Source: an uncultured Alcanivoracaceae bacterium (GTDB lineage Bacteria; Pseudomonadota; Gammaproteobacteria; Xanthomonadales; Marinicellaceae). Taken from it: DNA of 39,888 nt. Where the stretch lies: the NCBI GenBank assembly GCA_964594435.1, contig CAZQMH010000001.1, positions 1 through 39,888 of the forward strand, read 5' to 3'. The translations under genes were made by a program, and so were the position numbers. This document shows, in pieces, positions 1 through 7,447 of this stretch. Under the pieces are notes generated by a model, which ran no database searches, was not told the origin of the DNA, and saw nothing but the letters and a program-made list of their open reading frames with translations. Position 1 is the stretch's first letter. Every line of letters begins with the position of its first letter.

Positions 1-1050
1 CCTTATTTCGATATAAACAAAAACCTTCATTACACCATTAACACCAATTATGCATCAGGCGGAAAAGCTTATTTAAAAGTACGAATGGAAGATGACGGAG
101 GAACAGCAAATAATGGCTTTAATGCCAGTGCTCAGTATTTTACGATTGAAGTATTACCACAAACGTGGGCATTAAAAGCCACAGTTTCTGGTTTAAACTC
201 GGGCAATACATTGCAAATTAAAAGTGCCAATACTCTACAAAATATGATAATTACAAGTAATGGAACGTATAGCTTTCCTGATTTGGTTGAAGGCAGTATC
301 TATATTATAGTGGTTAAAAAACAACCCCAACGTTCAGGAAGTCCTGCCAGTGCAACAAACCAAACGTGCTTAATGAGCAATCAAACAACGATACAACAAG
401 GAACAATCACCGCAGATGTCAATGCGACGATTACTTGCACCACCAACCAATACCAAGTCACAGGCAAAGTTTATGGTTTAGATATGCAGTTTAACGGTAC
501 TGGCAGTGAACTAATCTTACAAAACAATGGCAGTAATGACATTATCATTGATGGCAACAGCAATTATAACAGCAATGGCGGTTACTATGAGTTTGCCTTC
601 CCTGCTCAAGATGATGGAAGCGGCTATGCTGTAACCATTACCAATCCTTCATTTCCACAGCAAAGCTGCAATGTAAGCTATGGTGCAGGATATATTCCTG
701 GCGCTGATGTCACCAAAGTCCGAGTGGATTGTTCAATAGATACATTCTCTGTTGGTGGTTCTATAGCAGGATTACTTAATTCACAGGATGTTGCACTTAA
801 AAACAACAATACAAATGGTATTTTTGTTTCAAATGGTAACTTTATCTTTTCAACTGAAATTAATGACCAAGGAAGCTATGAAGTCACTATAGAAACTTTC
901 CCTAGCAATCCTGCTCAAACATGTCAGTTTCAAAACCCAGACAATAGCCAAACCCTAGGCAACAATGGTTTTCAAGGAGCCACAAACACCAGCATAAGCG
1001 GCATAATAAACGGAGCAGATGTCACTAATTTAGATATTATCTGCCAATAA
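1..1050 (+). CDS. 3' portion of a large secreted/surface repeat protein (three tandem ~95-100 aa Cys-bounded beta-rich modules); 5' end outside the window
   Basis: Frame 1 is open from nt 1 (PYFDINKNLHYTINTNYASGGKAYLKVR-MEDDGG...), so the listed ATG at 85 is internal. Three modules end with the same signature G-ADV-T-x-[VI]-x-[VI]-x-C (ADVNATITC, ADVTKVRVDC, ADVTNLDIIC). Stop at 1048-1050 is followed by a terminator. Confidence 0.6.
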   Translation, partial: PYFDINKNLHYTINTNYASGGKAYLKVRMEDDGGTANNGFNASAQYFTIEVLPQTWALKATVSGLNSGNTLQIKSANTLQNMIITSNGTYSFPDLVEGSIYIIVVKKQPQRSGSPASATNQTCLMSNQTTIQQGTITADVNATITCTTNQYQVTGKVYGLDMQFNGTGSELILQNNGSNDIIIDGNSNYNSNGGYYEFAFPAQDDGSGYAVTITNPSFPQQSCNVSYGAGYIPGADVTKVRVDCSIDTFSVGGSIAGLLNSQDVALKNNNTNGIFVSNGNFIFSTEINDQGSYEVTIETFPSNPAQTCQFQNPDNSQTLGNNGFQGATNTSISGIINGADVTNLDIICQ

Positions 1051-1065
1051 AGATATTCAAGCCTC

Positions 1066-1096
1066 AAAAACCTCGCCCTTTGGCGAGGTTTTTTTG
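1066..1096 (+). terminator. Rho-independent terminator of the repeat-protein gene
   Basis: AAAAA-CCTCGCC(1071-1077)-CTTT-GGCGAGG(1082-1088)-TTTTTTT; GC-rich 7-bp stem followed by a T run. Confidence 0.75.
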
Positions 1097-1165
1097 TGGT
1101 ATAAACTTTACTGGTAAAGAACTGTGTTAAAATCCCTCATCAATAAATAAAAAGGTAGAAAATTT

Positions 1166-1639
1166 GTGAAAAAAATAAGTCTTTTGTTCAATTTTATCTT
1201 GCTTGGAGTTATTGCCTTTGGTGTGTATAAATTTATATTAGTTGGTGAAACAAAAAAGCATCAGGCAGATGGACGCACGGCAATTGTTTTAAATGCAGGT
1301 GAAAAAGATTTAATTTTAACAGAAATGCGTGCATTTTTAGCCAGCACCCAGCAAATTGTCGCTGCCATTAGCCAAGATAAGCTTGAACAAGCCATTATTG
1401 CCGCTAAAAAAAGCGGTAAAGCGGCACAGGCAGATGTGCCTGCAAGCTTGGTTGGCAAATTACCTTTGGCTTTCAAAAAACTCGGTTTTAGCACCCACAT
1501 AAAATTTGATGAATTAGCAATGGATGCCGAAGACATGGATGACAGCGAACAGTCTCTTAAATTATTGGGCGAATTGATGCAAAATTGTGTGGCATGTCAT
1601 TCCGCCTATAAAATTGAACTGGAATCCACAACCAAATAG
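1166..1639 (+). CDS. Membrane-anchored class II (cytochrome c'-like) c-type cytochrome
   Basis: GTG start. N-terminal TM helix (LLFNFILLGVIAFGVYKFILV), predicted helical body, and a single heme motif CVACH placed near the C-terminus (LMQNCVACHSAYK), as in four-helix-bundle cytochromes c'. Stop lies 3 nt before the next start. Confidence 0.5.
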   Translation: MKKISLLFNFILLGVIAFGVYKFILVGETKKHQADGRTAIVLNAGEKDLILTEMRAFLASTQQIVAAISQDKLEQAIIAAKKSGKAAQADVPASLVGKLPLAFKKLGFSTHIKFDELAMDAEDMDDSEQSLKLLGELMQNCVACHSAYKIELESTTK

Positions 1640-1642
1640 CAG

Positions 1643-3145
1643 ATGATGTCTGCCATTATTCTCACCACGCTTAATTCAAAATACATTCATTGTGCCTTTG
1701 GGTTGCGTTATTTGTATGCCAATCTTGGTGATTTACAACAACAGGCACAAATTTGTGAATTTACCATACACGAAAGGGCAATGGATATTGTCGAAAAACT
1801 GCTGCAAAAAGAACCAAAAATTATTGGCTTTAGTGTTTACATATGGAATGTTGCCGAAACAGGTGTCTGCATCAATCTTCTCAAACAACTGGCTCCCCAG
1901 ATAAAAATAGTGGTTGGCGGCCCTGAGGTTTCTCACTATCCTGATGTACCAACGTGGTTTGATCAGGCTGATTATGGCATTAGCGGAGCGGGTGAGTTGC
2001 AGTTTAAGACCTTGTGCCAACAACTTTTAGCCGACGAGAAGCCATTAGAAAAAATAATTGCAGGCATCCCTTTGCCATTAGAACAACTGCAAATGCCGTA
2101 CCAATTTTATAATGAAACAGACATAAAAAACCGTATCGTTTATGTCGAAGCCTCTCGTGGCTGCCCTTTTAAGTGCGAATTTTGCCTGTCTTCCTTAGAC
2201 AAAACCTCTAAATCCTTCGGTATTGAACGATTTTTACAAGAAATCGACAAACTCCTAAAACGAGGAGCGCGCCATTTTAAGTTTATTGACCGCACCTTTA
2301 ACTTAAAAGTCAAAACAACGGTTGCCATTCTGGAGTTTTTTCTTGCTCGCATGAGGGCTGATTTGTCGATTCACTTTGAGGTCGTGCCCGACAGATTGCC
2401 TGAAAAACTGCGTACTATTCTGGCACGTTTCCCAAAACATGTTTTGCAATTTGAAATTGGCGTTCAAACATTTGACAGTGAAATTCAGGACTTAATTTCA
2501 CGCAAACAAAACAATGAAAAAACCTGTGAAAACCTTAAATGGTTACGTGAAAATACCACCGCCCATATTCATGCCGATTTAATCTTTGGCTTACCCGCAG
2601 ATACGCTTGAGAATTTTGCCAAAAGTTTTGACAAACTGGTCACACTCAATCCGCAAGAAATTCAGCTCGGCATCCTCAAACGTTTACGTGGGGCGCCCAT
2701 CAATCGGCACACACAAGAATACAAAATGGTCTATGACAAAAATCAGCCATATACCATTTTATCCACCCGAGATATTAGTTTCCAAACCATGCAAAGAGTG
2801 ACTCGATTTGCTCGATTTTGGGATATGATTGGTAATTCTGGACGATTTCCCCACACTAAACTACTGATTTTCGGCAGTTCGCCCTTTGCTAATTTTATGA
2901 AACTGTCGGATAATTTATACAAAACTGAAGGCAGCTCATGGAAAATATCCCTGCGGCGATTATTCAAACTCTTATACCAGCAGCTCATAACCGTCTTACA
3001 AAAGGAAGAAAATCTCGCATTTGCAACACTAGAAAAAGACTTTATCCATTGCCAAGAAAAAGGCACATTAGCGGCATTGCTGAGTTTACAAAATAAACAA
3101 GGCAAACAAGGCAACCGCAACAAGCGGCAAAAACAACATTATTAA
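1643..3145 (+). CDS. B12-binding-domain radical SAM protein (DUF4080-type C-terminus)
   Basis: N-terminal cobalamin-binding-like domain, radical SAM cluster motif EASRGCPFKCEFC (CxxxCxxC), long C-terminal extension typical of the DUF4080 subgroup. Confidence 0.85.
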   Translation: MMSAIILTTLNSKYIHCAFGLRYLYANLGDLQQQAQICEFTIHERAMDIVEKLLQKEPKIIGFSVYIWNVAETGVCINLLKQLAPQIKIVVGGPEVSHYPDVPTWFDQADYGISGAGELQFKTLCQQLLADEKPLEKIIAGIPLPLEQLQMPYQFYNETDIKNRIVYVEASRGCPFKCEFCLSSLDKTSKSFGIERFLQEIDKLLKRGARHFKFIDRTFNLKVKTTVAILEFFLARMRADLSIHFEVVPDRLPEKLRTILARFPKHVLQFEIGVQTFDSEIQDLISRKQNNEKTCENLKWLRENTTAHIHADLIFGLPADTLENFAKSFDKLVTLNPQEIQLGILKRLRGAPINRHTQEYKMVYDKNQPYTILSTRDISFQTMQRVTRFARFWDMIGNSGRFPHTKLLIFGSSPFANFMKLSDNLYKTEGSSWKISLRRLFKLLYQQLITVLQKEENLAFATLEKDFIHCQEKGTLAALLSLQNKQGKQGNRNKRQKQHY

Positions 3146-4569
3146 TCCAACCTTTCTACGTGAATGACATTGGTCGTGCCCGAAGAACCAAAGGGTACAC
3201 CAGCGGTTAGCACATACCTGTCATTTGCCTCGGCGGCTTTGCAATGATGAATAACCTTCGCCGCAATGCTCACCATGTCCGAGGTATTATGGGCATCAGG
3301 AGATAAAACTGGATGAATACCCCAAGAAAGACTCAACTGTTGGCACGAACGAATATTGGGAGAAATAGCAATAACGTTGGTTTGAATACGATTACGAGCG
3401 ACACGCAAAGCGGTTGCTCCTGATGAACTGAAACAAACCATGACTTTCGCCTTGATATTTGAAGCAATTTGGCAGGCAGCAGAGGACACCGCATCGGGCG
3501 TGTTTTCCTCAGTATGCATTTTGCGTTCTTGCATTCTGGCAATGTACTCTTTATCATTTTCAACAGAATTTGCGATGGTTCGCATGGTTATAACAGCTGC
3601 AATCGGATAATTACCAACTGCCGTCTCTGCCGACAACATAATGGCATCGGTACCATCAAAAATAGCATTGGCAACATCGCTTGCCTCAGCACGGGTTGGT
3701 ACGGGAGAATCGGTCATGGTTTCTAACATTTGGGTCGCAGTGACTACTGGTTTGCCCGCTTGACGAGATTTGCGAATGAGTTTTTTCTGCAACATCGGCA
3801 CTTCTTGCGGTGACAATTCAACCCCTAAGTCTCCACGAGCCACCATGATACCATCGGCAACTTTGAGGATTTCATCAAAATGATTAATCGCTCCTGGTTT
3901 TTCAATTTTCGCCATTAATTTTGCATCAGAATCATGCAAATTAAGGTAATGCCTTGCCAGCAATAAATCCTCATGTTTACGCACAAAACTCAAGGCAACC
4001 CAATCAACCCCTAGACTGGCGCCAAATTCCAAATCCTCAATATCTTTTTTGGTCATAGCCGCGACAGACAAATCAGCAGTTGGAATATTGATACCCTTAT
4101 TGTTGCTTAACTTGCCACCAATAATAACTTTGGTTTCGATTTCTTTGTCTTTTACCTTTAGCACAACAACCTTTAATTTGCCGTCATCAAACAACAATTC
4201 ATCGCCCTTATCCACATCTTTGTATAAATTTTTATACGTGACACGCACACGCTGTTGGTTACCTAAAAACTTTTTATCCGCACAACTTAAAGTAAAAGTA
4301 TCACCTTGATGCAATTTAATTTTATCCTTTTCAAATTTCTCAACCCGAATTTTTGGTCCCTGTAAATCCAATAAAATACCGATAATTTTATTCAACTTTT
4401 TAGCAGTGGCACGGATATTTTCGTAATTTATTTTATGTTGTTCATGGCTGCCATGCGAAAAATTTAAACGGAAAACATTAACTCCGCTTTTAATTAATTG
4501 TTCGATATTTTCCACTGCACTACTGGCAGGGCCTAAGGTTGCGACTATTTTTGTTTTATTATCTTTCAC
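3142..4569 (-). CDS. pyk: Pyruvate kinase
   Basis: TKIVATLGPAS, NFSHGSHEQH, MVARGDLGVE and other canonical pyruvate kinase motifs over the full length (475 aa). Confidence 0.95.
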   Translation of the reverse strand: MKDNKTKIVATLGPASSAVENIEQLIKSGVNVFRLNFSHGSHEQHKINYENIRATAKKLNKIIGILLDLQGPKIRVEKFEKDKIKLHQGDTFTLSCADKKFLGNQQRVRVTYKNLYKDVDKGDELLFDDGKLKVVVLKVKDKEIETKVIIGGKLSNNKGINIPTADLSVAAMTKKDIEDLEFGASLGVDWVALSFVRKHEDLLLARHYLNLHDSDAKLMAKIEKPGAINHFDEILKVADGIMVARGDLGVELSPQEVPMLQKKLIRKSRQAGKPVVTATQMLETMTDSPVPTRAEASDVANAIFDGTDAIMLSAETAVGNYPIAAVITMRTIANSVENDKEYIARMQERKMHTEENTPDAVSSAACQIASNIKAKVMVCFSSSGATALRVARNRIQTNVIAISPNIRSCQQLSLSWGIHPVLSPDAHNTSDMVSIAAKVIHHCKAAEANDRYVLTAGVPFGSSGTTNVIHVERLD

Positions 4570-4663
4570 TGATTTATTTTATTTTTCTTAATTGGCTTTT
4601 AGTTTACTCATTTTAAAAATAGAGTGTTACCGTTGTGTTAAGTTTTTTCCAAATTTTTAATAT

Positions 4664-5374
4664 TTAGGGAATACAGCTATCTAAAAAAGCAAAAATAGGG
4701 GTAAAAACCGAGGATTGAGGGATAAGTTCATGGGCAAACCAAGGAGATACCAAGCTCCAAAAACCAATAATGATAATAAAAATGCCAGCAGAATAACGAA
4801 AGGATTTTTTGCTGAGTTTTTGTTGCCAACTTGCCATCAACCCTGCGGCAACAAACATTGATGGCAAAGTTCCTAGCCCAAATGCCAACATAAAAAGACC
4901 ACCTGCTAGCATACTACTGGTCGTTGCTGCGGCAATTAAGACACCATAAAGCAAACCACAAGGTATCAATCCCCAAAGCATTCCCTTACCTAAATGGGCA
5001 AGGGAACTGTTTTTATTGTTGAGCCTATGTAACTTTGTTTTGGCTTTATTCCAAAGATAATTATTGCTAAAAAAACTGTGCAAACTGGCTTTGTTTAATA
5101 GTATTCGAGTACCAAGAAAAATGAGCACCAAGCCCAAAACGCTGCGTATCCAAAAACCAATCCTGCCAATAGGTATCGTCAAAGCCAGTCCTTGTATAAA
5201 ACCTGCAAATAATAGACCTAAGAGAGTATAGCTGATGATGCGACCAAAATTTATTAATAAAATGGTGCTAAATTTGGGTTTGTTACGGCAAAAAAGACCA
5301 CACAGTCCACCACACATAGCTAGGCAATGCACACTTGAAAACAAACCGATTAAAAAAGGTGAAAGTAAATTCAT
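4664..5374 (-). CDS. DsbD_2 / TauE-SafE-like polytopic membrane protein (the type commonly found next to ccoS)
   Basis: Multi-pass membrane protein with N-terminal HCLAMCGGLCG motif. Its ATG overlaps the ccoS stop (ATGA). Confidence 0.7.
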   Translation of the reverse strand: MNLLSPFLIGLFSSVHCLAMCGGLCGLFCRNKPKFSTILLINFGRIISYTLLGLLFAGFIQGLALTIPIGRIGFWIRSVLGLVLIFLGTRILLNKASLHSFFSNNYLWNKAKTKLHRLNNKNSSLAHLGKGMLWGLIPCGLLYGVLIAAATTSSMLAGGLFMLAFGLGTLPSMFVAAGLMASWQQKLSKKSFRYSAGIFIIIIGFWSLVSPWFAHELIPQSSVFTPIFAFLDSCIP

Positions 5375-5535
5375 TCTTCTTCTAAAAAGTCTTTTTCATC
5401 TTGTTCATCTAAGATGGAATAGGCAGGCGTATCTAAATCATCAAATTGATTATTTTTAACTGCCCAGAAAAAAGCCCATACCGCAAAGCCAACCAATAAC
5501 GAACTCATAATAACAAGAACAAAAATAATACTCAT
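5371..5535 (-). CDS. ccoS: cbb3-type cytochrome oxidase maturation protein CcoS/FixS (54 aa; below the ORF-track length cutoff)
   Basis: My translation of the minus strand: MSIIFVLVIMSSLLVGFAVWAFFWAVKNNQFDDLDTPAYSILDEQDEKDFLEEE. One TM helix followed by the CcoS signature FWAV+xxQFDDLxxPAxxIL. ATGA overlap with the waaA stop (5532-5535) and with the next gene's start (5371-5374). Confidence 0.8.
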   Translation of the reverse strand: MSIIFVLVIMSSLLVGFAVWAFFWAVKNNQFDDLDTPAYSILDEQDEKDFLEEE

Positions 5536-6875
5536 GGCAAGTCTTGTTTGATGGTGTCAATGTATTTTAAGGCTTGCATTTGCCTATCCAAGGGGCGGTT
5601 TCTTAAGGCATTGGCAATGAGTTTCATAGTCAATTCAACCGCTCCACGGTTTTCTTCTACCAGTTTAAAAGCGGCATTGCCCATTTTTTTTCGTAAGGCA
5701 GGATTTTCGATGAGTTTTTGCATCTCTCGCACAATATCTTGCGAATTATTGACCAGTTGTGAACCGCCACAATCGTGTAAGAGTTGAGTAATTTCGGCAA
5801 AATTATGGGTATTTGGCCCAACCAAGACAGGTAATTTAAAAATTGCTGCCTCAAGCACATTGTGTCCACCAATATTGGCAATAGATCCGCCCACAAAAGC
5901 AATGTCAGAAGCCGCATAAAATTCTAACATTTCACCCATGGTATCAACGACAAATACATCGGCATTAATGTCATACAAACCTATTTTGCTACGCAATTGC
6001 GTATTAAAACCTTTTTGAATACAGGCAGCGGTGGTCACCTGAAAGCGTTCGGGATGCCTGGGAACAATAATCAATAGCAGTTGAGGGTATTGTTTTTTAA
6101 GCATTTCATAAGCATCTAAAATCTCTTCTTCGTCTTCTTGATGAGTACTGGCAGCAATCCAAATCAAATGATTTTGAGCCACGTGTTCATGAATGGTTTG
6201 CCCTTTTTTAATAATATCGTCTTCAATAATAATATCAAATTTAAGGCTGCCAACGACATATATTTTATCGGCATCACAACCCAAGCGAATCATACGAGCC
6301 GCATCAGTTTTTGTCTGAGCAGCAACAAACTTGGTGTTGTTGACCGCCATTGTCGCCAAAGACTGCACCCATTTGTAACCTTTTAAGGACAATTCACTCA
6401 GTCGGGCATTGGCAACAACGATGGGAATGTGACGTTTTTTACAAAATCGAAACAAATTAGGCCAAATTTCAGTTTCCATAACTACCGCAATTTCGGGTTT
6501 TATCCTGCGTAAAAAACGTTTGACCGCTCCGGATAAATCATAGGGCAAATACAAATGAAAAACTTGGTTGCCAAATATTTGTTGTACCCGATCAGAACCT
6601 GTTGGTGTCACCGTTGTGATAACAAAATCATAATCAGCATACGACTCCATCAGAGCCTTGATTAAAGGGATGGCTGCATTGACTTCACCAACTGAAACGG
6701 CATGAATAAGAATAGATTTTTCAAAATTAGGGTTGGGAAATACACCAAATCGCTCTTTCCAGCGTCGAAAATAAGCAGGTGCTTTTATGCCTCGCACAGC
6801 CAATCGAAACAACACAATGGGGGTGAGCAGAAATGTTGCGATGGAGTACAGGCGACTTTTTATTTCTAAGTTCAA
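5532..6875 (-). CDS. waaA: 3-deoxy-D-manno-octulosonic acid (Kdo) transferase
   Basis: N-terminal membrane anchor, AYFRRWKERFG, IHAVSVGEVNAAIPLI, C-terminal GGHNVLEAA; typical WaaA/KdtA over the full length. Confidence 0.9.
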   Translation of the reverse strand: MNLEIKSRLYSIATFLLTPIVLFRLAVRGIKAPAYFRRWKERFGVFPNPNFEKSILIHAVSVGEVNAAIPLIKALMESYADYDFVITTVTPTGSDRVQQIFGNQVFHLYLPYDLSGAVKRFLRRIKPEIAVVMETEIWPNLFRFCKKRHIPIVVANARLSELSLKGYKWVQSLATMAVNNTKFVAAQTKTDAARMIRLGCDADKIYVVGSLKFDIIIEDDIIKKGQTIHEHVAQNHLIWIAASTHQEDEEEILDAYEMLKKQYPQLLLIIVPRHPERFQVTTAACIQKGFNTQLRSKIGLYDINADVFVVDTMGEMLEFYAASDIAFVGGSIANIGGHNVLEAAIFKLPVLVGPNTHNFAEITQLLHDCGGSQLVNNSQDIVREMQKLIENPALRKKMGNAAFKLVEENRGAVELTMKLIANALRNRPLDRQMQALKYIDTIKQDLP

Positions 6876-6880
6876 AACAA

Positions 6881-7447
6881 TTATCTGATAATTTTAAGCG
6901 TATGAGCATCAATGATAGGGCTTGGTTTTGCGTGTTTGCCAAGTTCGCCATCAAGATAAAAGTCTATTTTATCACCAAATGCCTGCTTTATCTGCTTTAT
7001 TGAGGTGAAAGTTGCCTGATTTGAAAAATTTGCACTGCTAGAGACAATGGCACTGTTAAGTTTATCGCACAATAATTTCACCACCTTATGAGCACTCACT
7101 CGAACGGCAACGGTGCTGAATTGCCCTGAGATATGAGGTAAAACTTTTGGGGATTTTGGAAAAACCCATGTGTGGTGTCCAGGCCATGTTTTCAGGGCTC
7201 TGGCTAAATCATTGGCATGAAGGGGTTGAATTAAAGGCAGAATTTGTTGCACATGAGACGCGATAAGCAACAATCCTTTTGATGGTGAGCGTTTTTTTAG
7301 CTGCATTAATTTTGCGAGTGCTTGTGTATCATACGGGTTACAGCCAAGACCAAAAACGGATTCTGTTGGGTAGGCGATAATACCTCCAGCCAAAACCGTG
7401 GCGGCGGCTTGTTCTATAGCACTGGGCTTAGCATTTTGCGTTGCCAT
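6881..7447 (-). CDS. tsaC: L-threonylcarbamoyladenylate synthase, type 1 (YrdC/TsaC)
   Basis: GGIIAYPTESVFGLGCNP and SANFSNQ motifs, ~190 aa. Start overlaps the topA stop by 1 nt (TAATG). Confidence 0.9.
   Translation of the reverse strand: MATQNAKPSAIEQAAATVLAGGIIAYPTESVFGLGCNPYDTQALAKLMQLKKRSPSKGLLLIASHVQQILPLIQPLHANDLARALKTWPGHHTWVFPKSPKVLPHISGQFSTVAVRVSAHKVVKLLCDKLNSAIVSSSANFSNQATFTSIKQIKQAFGDKIDFYLDGELGKHAKPSPIIDAHTLKIIR

Noticed and set aside
1594-1606. GTCATTCCGCC resembling the core of the MITE arm (CCGTCATTCCTGC)
   Set aside because: It is in-frame coding sequence for the heme-binding C-H-S-A residues of the CXXCH motif. It has no partner arm and no hairpin, so the match is coincidental.
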